Shown one piece after another: positions 26,901 to 39,600 of a DNA stretch of 64,000 nucleotides. The stretch lies in assembly GCA_963924565.1 (NCBI GenBank), contig OZ004610.1, positions 11,656,001 through 11,720,000 of the forward strand. Direction: 5' to 3'. This stretch comes from Ascidiella aspersa (Eukaryota). How positions within the stretch are numbered: the stretch's first letter is position 1; each line of letters begins with the position of its first letter. The position numbers and the translations under genes were made by a program. The notes below the pieces were generated by a model. It saw nothing but the letters and a program-made list of their open reading frames with translations. It ran no database searches and had not been told where the DNA came from.

Positions 26901-29900
26901 CAGGAACTACGTTTAATAACGCAAAGTATGGTACCTTGCAAATTCTCGAGTGGAAAGATTGAAGCTTGACGATTTTTAAGAAAACGAACTGTTTAGGTTC
27001 GCCAAAAAAATACATTAGTATCAGCACATTAAATCATAACAACACAAAGTCGTCCGTGCTACGTAGCAGTTTTATCAAAAGTTAAATTGAGTGGTTGAGT
27101 TGCTTGAGTTTGCGCAATACAAAAATTACAAGGGTATATTAGTGAACACTTATTTGTTTATATTTGTATAATTGTATTGATGATATCCCTAAAAACATTT
27201 CAGAATGCACCCGTGAATGTCAGGTTTGACTGATTAGGTGATTAATCAACAGAAAGCGAAAAGTTGTGACTCTTTCCCAAGCCCAAGAAAGGGCGACCCA
27301 CTGAACTTGTTTACTCAGTTTAGAGGGATTGTTACGCGAAGGAAGATGCGAGCCGAGGTAAGTGCACAGGCGTTTACCAAAAACAGAGACTATTACAACA
27401 AGTGGCAGGTGCAACGGTGACGTACACCACAAAGGAAACAAACTATTCACTAATAACAAAAGAGAACTTGTTTGCACAAAAGTTTTAACACTAGGGTTGT
27501 TAAACTTTTTTTGCGCGGAACACTAAACAGTTCTTTTTACTTTACGTGGAACAGAGTCGGCATGGAATTTTTGAAATATGACGTCACTCATAAAACAAGT
27601 ATAGTTAGGAACCTCCTGTTTTCAGTCGAATTCATGCAAATATGTAACTGAAATCGATCCCAAATAACTTTAGACAGCAAAATTTTTTAATCAATTTCTT
27701 TTGTAAAATACACTGATGCGAACAAGCACACTGAAATAACAAGTGCTGGTTAATTTCAATAATTGCTGTTTTTATTATAAAATCAAAAAACCTTAGCTAA
27801 ACGTTTACTTTAAGTTTAATCACAGTGGAATAGTTTTTTTTACACGGATATTCAAATCACTAAATCGCTTTGTTTCCAACATAATGTGCGCTGGTCAAAT
27901 ATGATTATAAAAAATCATTTGGGCACTATAAAAATGGTAAACTAATGCTGCATCTTCATGTATCTATAAAGATGAAAATACAATTAGCCAACAATGCAAA
28001 GTACGACCAGTTCTAAATAAACAAACTAAAATATGGATTTTTTCCCAGGTTGTTTTTGAAACAGTGTAAAGGAAGGGGTCGTACAAAAAAAAATTGAGAA
28101 TGTCAGCTTGACAAAATCTGCCAAACGGGTGGGGCAGGCAACAACTCGCCCCACCGACCCACAAGCCACACTCACTTGTCGTTGAGTTCGCGTTCCTTCG
28201 CGGCCATAGTTTCCCGTGCGCTTGCCTCCCGCTTCTGTAGCTCGTCCTCGTAGCGCCTGCACTGGCTTTCCATCTCACGTTTGTGACCGTCGATGAATTC
28301 CAGCACCTGTCCGATTTGGAAATGTTGGCGAATTTTCGAGTTGCTTTCGCTGCGGCTTGGCTGAGCCGTGAACTCGGTCAAACCGCTTTGGAAACGCGCG
28401 GGAAATTAGAAGTAAAACGTTAAAACAAAAAGTCACCTAGGGCAGTGCTTTTCAACCTTTAAAAGAAGGGTTCGCACTCTTTTATTTCGGAATTTTTTAT
28501 CCGCACGATCGAATCAAGCACAGTAAATTTGCAACCATTAGCTTTCACTTATTTGTGAATTAACAATGGATGGGTTTGTGAATTAAAACCGTGAGCCAAC
28601 CGATATAAAACATATAGCTGCATTGAACCACTGAGAGATTATATTGCTGTATCTGTAATGTATAAGTGGGCGATCAGCTTATTTGATTACTGTGTTACAC
28701 ATAGTGAAAAATAGTAATATATGCATCATTTTTTTCTGCATACCAATTTTTTTATCCGCACAAGTGCGTACCATCCTACGGGTTGAAAAACACTCGCCTA
28801 GAGCAATTGCGACGAGCTGAATTTTTGTAGGTTTCTTTTTTAATTTAAACAAAAGTGCACATTTTTAAAATTTTCTGAGGGTTAAAATTAATCAAAATCT
28901 TAACGTGAAATATTAAATTTGGTCAAAAGTATTTCACAATGACTTTTTTAAATTGTAAGTTTCTTTCTTTGAATGTTGTAAAACAATGTATGGCAATTAT
29001 ATGAAGTTAATGGTAAAGATCGTGCGCCAAGGTTGGTGAATTTTGCGCTGCCCCGTTTGCCTGCTGGAAAGCTGATTTCGTCCGTACTATATATACGAAA
29101 ACGAAAAATTGGTATTTTCTAAAACGCTTAAAACTGTCTAGTTGTCCCAGATTGGCCAACAGCGACGATTAAGTAAACGGCCATGGAGAAGCTGACTTTG
29201 TGTAGCGATCAAACAAGAATATTTTGATTTGTGTTGTGCAAACATTGGTGCTGTGATATTTCGACTTAGATCTTTGAAATACAGTGTTGTGAAAATCAAT
29301 CAGTTTACCCCGGGTTACATTTAGTTATCTGGAGACAATTTCAGGCGTGTAATAACAGATACATCCATAAACCGGTTTACCGATAAAAATACATAGACTT
29401 CGAGCAGGATTTAACTCGTTAACAAGCACTCGAGACATTACACTCCAAAATCAAGTTGTGCTTCAGCAAAAGCGCAACAACTGAGAACTTTAGAAGTGAA
29501 AGCGCATGTTCGAAGGGAAGTGCGCTACAGGCGGTTGTCAGAGGAGAAAATTTACAGTTGCGTGTGCAGGGCGCGTGATTTAATGACCGGCGTGTAAATA
29601 TGCGACGTAAGAATGCGGCTATGTTTGTCGCTTGGTGGTTTTCGACTAGGTGAAACAATAGTTTTGCCGCCGTATCGTTGGTAGAGAGAAAATAACGGCA
29701 ATCACTACAGCACCTGCTTTTTGTGCGACTCCCGGATCGCATTTTCGTTGTCCTGAGCTTCCTGATGAACTTTAGCCAGCTTGTCGGAGACCTGTAAATT
29801 AACAGTAAATAAAAGTAATAAATACAATTCAGTTTATTAACCTGCGACGCTTCTAAAGCAGACGTCATATAAAAATAACTATTAAGTAGCAAGTTCAAAC

Positions 29901-32900
29901 ATTGTTGTTTTAGTAAGCCATGGCTGGCGAATGTAAACTATCGACAAAACCGCTGTAATCGCCTCAATACACATGTGTGTGTGATTATGGCTTGTGAACT
30001 ACAGGCAGCCACGTATATCCTGTTATTTAGGTTGGAGAATAACCCTCAAATTCGTTTATAAAAGAAGTCAAACAAGTTTAGCGTTGGCTTTCTTAACTGC
30101 ACAATTATAGCCTATGCTTTCCACATACTTAAAATGAACAAAAATTAAATTACGAATATAATATATGAGATCATCCGAATTGGAGTAGAAAAAATATGCG
30201 AAAAAAAGTGTTGTTAAATGAATTGTTTTCCGAAACGAAAGTTCGTTCAAGAAAAGTGGCTTTATAAATCAACAGACATCAAATTCAGCATCCTTGCTAT
30301 AATACGTTTAGCGCACTGTTTAATCCAAGATAACGACAGCACAGTGCCATTAACCACAGCAGAAAAAGACCACATCCAACATACCTTACCAACGGTCGCA
30401 TAAGACCAACATATCGCTGTTTTACGTTTGAGGCAACATAAACAACAAAACAAAGACGGCCGTCGGTTTCCAACGAAGAGTAGCGGGCGATTTTTGGCGA
30501 AAATCACATCTTCCGCTGTTTGTGGACTGCGGCATTCTTCCACATAAAATTAACGCTAAAGTGTTGAGTCGCATTTGAGAAAACGATATAGCAACGAGTT
30601 TACGAGTGGCAAACAATAATTAATTATGATTTATTTTCAGGCAAAAATCCGTTAAGCGTTTTAGTTTCATGGTAATAAACAAACTATACGCACTGTTTGG
30701 TGGACAATTAGGTGTGGCACACCGGTATATGACTTAATAGACTTCCGTTGAAACTCAACACGCAAAATGTATTTAAAACTCTATTTGCCAGTAAAGCGTA
30801 TGATCTAGTCTAGTCGACATGTTATGTAAAAACTAAGGTTGATAAAAAACGCGAACAATAAAGTGGGTTTCGCTTTAACTTGTATTAAGTAATGCGAACC
30901 AATGATAAATCCTATTTTTAGCAGCAAACTTAAGTTAAAACGTGTAGATAATATTAGTTTATGTTGTTCAGTGTTTAAAGGTTGTGAGCTCACATTTGTC
31001 AATTGACGATTGTTTAACATAATACGCAAGCGCGTGCTATAATTGACTATGGTTGTAAATAATGAATGAAACAAACCGTTACACAGAAAAATAACCAAGC
31101 CGTGAGCGCCGAGCAGCACTAAAAAAGTCGACCCCCAAAAAGGATTTGTATATTTACTTACAATTTTACTTTAATATAGAAAAAATATTAAGATATAATA
31201 ATAATATTAAATAGAATATAAAGGTGCTATCGCTGCAGTTTAAGCCTACAAGTTGTGAGAAGCCTTAACGAAACGTGTTGCCCCATCGCACAGTAAGCAA
31301 ACTCGCCGTTCTGTGAGTGTTTACAAAAAATAAAGTTTATAGAGCATTCCGTTGATTTATAAATTTGCACCTTGACCGAACCCTAGAATAACGATTCCAG
31401 GAGGGACCGATGTGTCAAGGTTGACTTTTCCAACACGTTTTTTTATTTGTACAGTCTCGGTATTTACTGCACGTCGGCCAGTGTTCATCGCTTCTTACCG
31501 GCATTCCGCATTGGATGAGAGATTACTCATCGCTTATAGGCGATCCCGTAAATCCGGGCCGCGATCCGGCCGTAACAATTTCGCCGTTATGACGAGCGCG
31601 CCGTACGTACGCAAAACCAACGGTCGTGCTTCACGCTTGGTTGGCAAAACGCACACGTCTCTCAAGCGACCGCACCGCGCGCAAGCACACACACGCACGC
31701 CCGCGCACTTTCTCGATTCGAGCCTCAGTGCCAGTACAGCAGTTGAGAGGCAAGGTGCCAGTCACACGTGCTTTTGGTCTAGCGTTTATGCAATGAGAAA
31801 GTGCTGTGGTTTATGGTTGTGCATACATAAACTAAATAAAGCTATCGAGTTCGGTTTGAATAGTTAACTTAACCTGCTACGAACAAGGCAGCTGAGTTTA
31901 ACAATAAAAGAAAAACATAGATTAGTTTGTTTGTTGTGCTGGGTGAATTGACCGTTTTATCACGGTATTCAAGTTTGCTTTATCGTACACTGCGTTGGTT
32001 TCAGAAAACAGTTCATACATTTTGAATTGTTTTGTAATATTTACATGATTTCCCCTTTCCCACGTCAATCAATCAGTCTGTACATGCGTGATAAATGAAG
32101 GATAAAATATGGTATGTTATCTATGCTAAACGAAAAAGCTACACTAAGTGGACCTAATTTAAGGTTACCAAACTGAATTTATGTCACTTCTTAACAACAA
32201 ATGAAAAAACAACAATAAATCTTCTGTCAGCGATATAATTTACCTTTTCAGATAAAACAAAACGCAAACTATCAAAGCGTGTCCGCAAAACAAAAACCCC
32301 GGCTATGCAAATATGCCTCGTGTGTTTTGTCGCGACGTGACACTTTCCATGGTACATTGCAGAGTTACTAGCATGTTGTCGCTACTGACCAAAAACAGCG
32401 TTAGGCGCCGATAGACAGTGGTGGTGGTCCGATTGACAATGCTTCGGTCCGGCAATCCGGGCCAACAAACTCGAAAACGATGAAGCTGGCCAAGTACAAG
32501 GGCGTCAATGTGCAGCGAATCGTCGGCGGCATCCTGCTCGGCTTCTTCAGCCGCATCGTTTATGAGCAGATCACGAGCGCGTCGCGACTGAGCAACAAGA
32601 AAACGCTCTCACTGGCGCAGGACCCGGACAACGCCAACTGCCCACCTTGCGCGCCTCAAACCTGCCCGCACTGCCTGCCGCAAAGCGTTGCCGGCACCTT
32701 GCCCACCGACGCCGCGCTGCCCTACAAACCAAAGGGTATGTACGAGGTGACGCGCTGGCTGTACTTCGACGAGAAGGCCGTCTACGATATAATCAACGAA
32801 GAGCCGCGCGTGCCGCTGAGCGGGCACTGGCGCGAGGACGCCAAGGCTGTGGCCCAGGTGGGCCTCGACTACATTAACGCCAACCAGATGATGGGCCACT

Positions 32901-35900
32901 CGTGGCAGCTGGTTGCGCTAAAGGACGGTTACGCGCGCACCGATTCGCAACGCGGAATCGATTACATGCTCGACCTGGTGGTGAGGCCCACAACCCTGAA
33001 CGTGAGCAAGTCGACTTTCGAGAGGACGTTTCGCGTGCGGATGGTACACCCCTTTGAGAACACCGAGCGAGCCAAGAGCCTGTCGGTGAAGAAGGAAGTG
33101 CAGGGCAAGATTAAAATCATCGTGCCTATATCCCATGTAAGTGAATGCGCCATATAAGCACGGTGCGTTTGACCGCGAATTGAAACATTCGCATGCTTGG
33201 CTAGGCGTTCCTAGAATGCTCTTGGTGATTCATTAAGCGATTTTTAAGTAAATTCCATAAAATATTGAACCTCTTGCTGCGCTGCTCTGGCAAAAGCTTG
33301 GCGAACCTATGTGTGAAAAAATGGTCACCTTTATAAATACCTGACAAAAAATATTTGATAGGCAAGACGCTTATTGCTCACCACCCATTATCTGGTGGTA
33401 TCTTATAATGTAAAACGTGTAGTATGAAGCATTTAAAAACGCCACCTATCAGTGTGAAGAGTAAGGAAATGACTGCATGAACAAGTAAAATTATTTGGTC
33501 ATTATAATAAGGGGGATCTGTTTTAGCGTCCTAATCCAACTAGCTCAATGCCGGCATTCACAACCCGTTTTGCATTCAGAAATCAATGTATGTTGAGAGT
33601 TTCATCGACGCGTATATCAAAGAAAAGCTGGACAGCCAAGTCGAGCTCATATTCGTGCTCTTCACCGGCATTCAGCTGAAAGACCGGGAGAACGCCAAAG
33701 CTCTCGCGGACAGAATAACAAAGAAGAGCAACGTTAAAAGCGTAATCAAGACCCTAGAGAAAGAAGGTAACATTAAACAGTAAACAGTGAAACAGTCGCG
33801 TAAGAAAAGGGGTGTGAAGTTTTTGTGTGTTTTTTGAACAGTGATTTCTGGAGTGGTTTTGCCTGAATATAAACGCAACTTAATCCTTCCAAAATAAGTT
33901 CGACAAACGCATTTTAGATTTTGTTCTTGTTATAGTTTTGCAGTAACACAAAACGATCCACAAATAATTTATCAACTTTCTAGTTTGTATAATAATTATT
34001 TTCTTTGCTTGGAATTAATGAAACAGGCTTTATTGGCTTTTAGTAGATTTTAGACATCTAGGTCATAGTCGTTCAGAAAAACGGTAAAAGTCGTTCACAA
34101 AAACTAACTGAAAAATCCGTATACAAATCGAGCCCGCCCTTTTTGCAATCTACTTTCCACCGCAGGCGAATACAACTACCTGAAGGGCGTCTACCACGGC
34201 GCGCTAAAAGCCGCGCAGAGCAGCGACATCGTGGTGGCGCTGACCGAGGACGTGCAGTTCTCCGAGCAGTTTCTCGTCCACTGTCGGGCCATCGTCGATC
34301 CAGGCAAGCGCGTTTATTTTCCCGTCGCCTTCGAACAATACGACCCTGACGTGATCGAGCGGGGAATGCCGCCGGGCAAGCCGAAGAACATCAACAAGAA
34401 GGACCACAACAAATTCACCGGCTACTGGGCGCACCGGACGCACGACTTTCTTTGCGCGCACCGCGTAGACCTGGTCGGCATTCTGTCCGGGTCGCGGCTG
34501 GACCCGGACGCGGACCAGGGCACCTGGGCTTACGACATGTTCCTGCGCAAGGAGATAAACGTTTTCTCCGGCATCGAGCCCAACCTGTTTCGCGTTCACA
34601 CCGACAAGAAGTGCGACAAGGCCAAGCTAACCGCCAGCCAGTACCTCAAGTGCTTCGAGGCCCAGGCAAAGTGCCTTGGTTCAAAGCCGGCCCTCGGTAT
34701 ACTGTACATTACCGAGGTGGTGCAAAAGAAAGTGAAGCACTGACCAACTTCTGGCTACGTTATTTCCCCATAAAGATAAAGCAAGCAAGCTATTGGCTAT
34801 TGTTTAAACTCCATATTTCCCTCTCGTTATGTATTTTGCTTATTTATGTTTATCATTATCATGTTTGTTTACAGGTGTGCAACAATGCTTGGAATATCGT
34901 ACTGGTCGCACATTTTTTGTATAGCTGTTTTAGCTGAATCCATTGCAATTGCATTTTTGTTTTCTTGCTTTAAATGTTTGCTCCTGTGCGTGTGTTCAGA
35001 GAATTGCCATGACTAGAAGAAATTACAATCTCTACTGTGCTACGATAATGCTGCTTGTCGTTCTTGCGCAAAGTATTCTTATTATTTAAATAAAGTTAAG
35101 CCGAAAAATGTGTAAATATTTGTTCCTGCGAATGCTAATAACGAGCAGATCCATCCAGCCCTAATAATCCTATTAAATATATTTAATACAATCCTGTAAA
35201 GAAACAGGTGGGTTCAGCTGCTAATTGGTTATTTTTATAATCTATTGCGGTACTTTGGCAATATAAAAAACTATTTAAAAACTAGACAGGGTGTGCGGTT
35301 TTTGTATATTTTGCTAGGGGGTTATAGCGCGGTTCTACTATATTATACCAGGGGGGGTATAGCGCAGTTCCACTATACTTTACCAGGGTGTTATTCCTTG
35401 GTTATTCTATATTCTTTCAACGGGTCTTATTTGTCAGTGTCCACATATACTCCCAATGTTGTGCTTCCAGTTTCGGTGCTTTAGCAGGCAAAAGCGGATG
35501 TGGCCCGAAGTTGCGTGTTATAGGTTGGACATGGTGCACTTTTACAAGATTGATTGCCAGTGGTCTTAATATAAATTTGGCTGCGAAGCAAACCTATAAC
35601 TTGTCTTTATAATTGAAAAATATTTGACAATTTTTTCTTGCACCCCTATACGCCTCTAATTGGGGACAAAAATCAATAGTGTGATGTGTTCGATTTAGTT
35701 ATTTACAGCTATCTACTCTAATCTAGCGGCATAAAACCTTCAATACAGAATTTGTTCATATCGCTTGCCTTATTCTGGCCGCGAAGCGGCTGGCTCCCTG
35801 CTGTGCTTTTTTTGTCCAGCGCGTGCAACATCCATTGTGCAAAGTGTCTCGTCTTAGTAATTAACTTATTGCTCTTACAAAACAACATATTTTACCGCCG

Positions 35901-36610
35901 CAAGTTTAAATAAAAAATCTGCCAGGCAGTGTGCACCACTTTGTTTGCAATTTTTTTTCCATCAAAAAATCACTTTAATTTCTATATTTTTGGTTAATTA
36001 TTTCCCCCCATGGGTTAATTATTTTGAGTTGAAGGTCAAAATTTTGCTGTGAAGCAACCTATAATTTGTCTTTATAATTGAAAACTATTTAACAATGTTT
36101 TCTTTAGTTTTTAGACACCTCTAAACACAAAAATGGCCGAATTTTAATTTTGCACCCCTAAAATACTCCCCTATTTTCAAGAGGTAAAATGTTTATTTTA
36201 ACATCAGCTTTAAATGGTTCTCTAACATTTGTGAAATTTTCAGATTTTTATGTCATTTCCTTCTAGTGTAAATATATCATTGAAATTTCCTAAAGTGTTG
36301 TGCTGTTTGACCCCCCGGATAAACAGTTCAGGTCTAATGTTTAAAATTTTGTTACTTAGCATTGTATATGTCATGTATCCATCATCCATAAATATATCAG
36401 ATTTTTTTTACATTTTTTCATCTCTGAAAAGTGCCGAAAACCAAAATTAACAAAAAATGTCAGTTTTACCCCCCTAAAAACCACCCCTTAGAACCTAGGC
36501 AATTTTTTTTTTATTAGAAACAACTTTGGGAGGGTATTTAACAGTTGTGAAAATTTCATGTTCCAACTATGTTTTTTTCCTTGTCAAAAGTGAGCCATAA
36601 AAATTGACTG

Positions 36611-36644
<34 letters not shown>

Positions 36645-39600
36645 ATTCGGATAAAAACAACATGTGTCCAAAAAAAAATTTTTTTTTTCGGGCCACATAA
36701 ATATACCTGGCGCTCGACGTTGATGTTGTGCTCTGCCTCCATCTTGCGGATAGTGGCGGCGTGTCGTGTTTCCACCAGAGACACTTGTGTGCGCATCGAC
36801 TCGAGCTCTCTACGCTGGGCTTCGAGCAAATCTTCGAGACGCCGCGTTTCTTGCAGAGTGGTTGACAACGTGCCTTGAAACTCCGAACATCTCTTTCGTT
36901 CGTTTTCAACATTAGCCTGCGTATGAAGAGAAACCTTACTTTTTTACCCAGGCTGTTAACCAAAGATGTTTTTGTACATCGGATGAATATATGTCCATCT
37001 TATAACGAATAAAAACACACGGTAATGCTAAATTGCATTTAAAATATTTAAACATATTTTTTAAGCATTTGCGGTTAATGTGGGCGCAAATGGCGGGCTA
37101 ATTTCTAAGAAATAAATTCAAAATGATTTCTAAGAAATAAATGCAAACAGGCTGGCAGAATCTTGCCAGCCTTCTGGTGGCAAGCATTTTTGGCATAAAT
37201 TCTTCGGTTTTTTGGTCGTGCCCCAAAACTTAAATGATGTGTTCGCCAAAGGAATTTATCAACCTTGTCATGTTTAGGCGATAAACAAGATTATTAAGTA
37301 AATGAATTAGCACAAAGTTGCGCCGAAGGCTCAAAATTTTTTGTAACATAAAGAAATACATATGGGGTATGCTGAAGTACAGTCTGGGGGACTCGGGGTG
37401 TACATGTCTGCTTTTCTTACTCGAACACTGTTACACATTGATAAGCTGTTTTGGGGCGAACTCATGTGCAGACAGTTAAAATCAGATTGAAAAGCGAGAA
37501 AAAAATCCTAAAATTGGGAGAAAACAATTTGTCCGTTTTTCTTACTCTAACACTGTTACATGGATAAGCTGTTTTGGGGCGAACTCATGTACATGCAGCT
37601 TAAAACCAGATTAAAAAGCGAAAAACAATTCTTAAAATTAGGGGAAACTTTTTTTTTGAACTGGGAGAAATTTTTAATAAAAAAATAACGGTGCCAAGTT
37701 AATAGAAATTGTTTGCCAAAATTAGAGCCACACAGTGAAGTGCAACATGCCATAGAATGCATAATATCTCTTGGCTGAATAGATAAGCTACAGAGACACA
37801 ACTATAGCTAATCGAGGCCGAAGTTCGCGAAATTTTTTTGCGTTTACGTAAATAAAACAGTCAAAAATATAGTTTAAGCCTTGGCCTAGTCTAGTGCATC
37901 CTCGTTATGCCCATCTGAATGCCATACCTGTCTATTTAACAGGAATGGCGACTGTCATGATTGTTTTTTCAACTCAATAAAGAAGTATTTGACAAATCAA
38001 GTAAAACAAATACACAACAGTTTCTGAAATTTAGTACTTTTTAAACTAATAAACAATTCATATGCCAAACACTTTTCCCTGCTAAACAATGTGCTTCATT
38101 CCTTAAAGCTACAAGGCATATCATCAACTTATATATATATATAGTTCAATTAGCTTTATAGGGACTCTTATGATGTTCCTTACTTGGAGAGCCGAACCCC
38201 CAACGGTTTTTAGCGCATCGCCATTGAATCCCTGATTACAATGGTTTTATTGGTTTGTTCTTTATATATTTTAGGGGTTGGTCTGGTTTTCCTGGTACGC
38301 CATGGTGAAGCGATGCTGGTGCGCCATGGTCAAGTTTCTTTTCTTTAAAAGCGCTACGTGGAAATTACTGCAGGTCGACTGTTAGGTTTGTATTCACTTT
38401 AGCAAATGGTGCGGATCCCCATTTAGTTTACTATTTTGTAACCACTGCCCGGTTAACCATTATTTCTCTTTTTCTTTTTTGAAACGGCCAAGAGGCTGCG
38501 TAGAGGTTTTTACTACCACTGTATAGCATTTATTACTGTTTTTGTTACCGCTGTTAGTATATCGTATTCAGACTTGTCAATACCGAGTAATCCGTCGATT
38601 AAGTAGAATTAAAAAAAATACGTAGCGGCTCTTTTTGTGTGACTAACTGAAACATGCAAAAGCAACGGGATACTGAATTAGTATCATGCTATTCTCCATA
38701 AAATTAACTAACAAGAACATGCTTTACAAATTTATGTTGATAACTAGACGTTTTGTCATCGAAAAGTTTATATTTGGATTTTAACAAAATAGCTTTATAT
38801 AATTATAGGTACAGCGAGCTTTTTTGGTCGCCCCATCACTATCATTAACCACTATAATCACAAAGCATCACTTTAATAAAAAAACAATGTGCTCTTTTTA
38901 GATTAGTGGAACTAAATTTAGCGAGGTATTTTTCGATGCAGTTTTAAAGCACATTAAAACTTTAAAACAATCATAAATAGCAGTGAATCGCAACAGAAGG
39001 TATTACGCACAAATGTCATAAAATAGGCCATTCTTCGGCCTATCATGCCGACGTAATTACGCTCTTTATGCTGATGACGAGCCGCTAACGCAAACAGATA
39101 ACGGCGGTAAAACTTGTGCTCTAAAAAATTGTACTTGCGGTGCTGCGTTTTGCATACAATTTATACGAAACTGATATTTATGAAATTTGCATCCTAAAAC
39201 GTTTAAATCTTGGTGTGTGCGCCTCTAAATTCAGTCAAAGCTTTAAATTTAACGAAGCGTGCTATATTGGCAAGCAGTTTTCAAGTCACTAAAATGATGG
39301 ATTGAGCAGCCGTCAAAAAATAAGAGCAGTTGTTCACTTGATGTCGATAAAATCCACTTCCCTTTATATTCGAACACATTTTTACGGATGAATGCGCGTG
39401 ATTTTGGCAAAAGTGAGATTAACGAGCGTTCCGTTTTTTATTAGCGTAGTACAAAACGAAACCCGAAAAAGCGCAAATTAAGGGGTATTTGATTTTTTTT
39501 TTGCAAAACGTTACATTTCCATGAAATACGCTTTTATCTATTGTAGGTAATAAGAACGAAGCTACCACGAAAGTTCACACACACACACACACATATATAT

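Noticed and set aside
14948-29791. Treating the GC-rich minus-strand exons as a gene separate from the 47-52 kb exons
   Set aside because: Phases join without a break, and centrobin-like motifs run colinearly from the N-terminal coiled coil to the terminal WR; no independent start was found.
685-34743. Idea that the GT31 gene and the CHPF-like C-terminal-domain gene are two halves of a split chondroitin synthase
   Set aside because: The GT31 motifs (RRxAIRxTWG, DSFxNLTxK) are B3GALT/brainiac-type, not the fringe-like CHSY/CHPF N-domain, and the genes are 30 kb apart with unrelated genes between them.
36610-36643. Long poly(A) run as a retrocopy or SINE tail
   Set aside because: No TSD or recognisable upstream element; treated as an intronic homopolymer whose length may be an assembly artefact.
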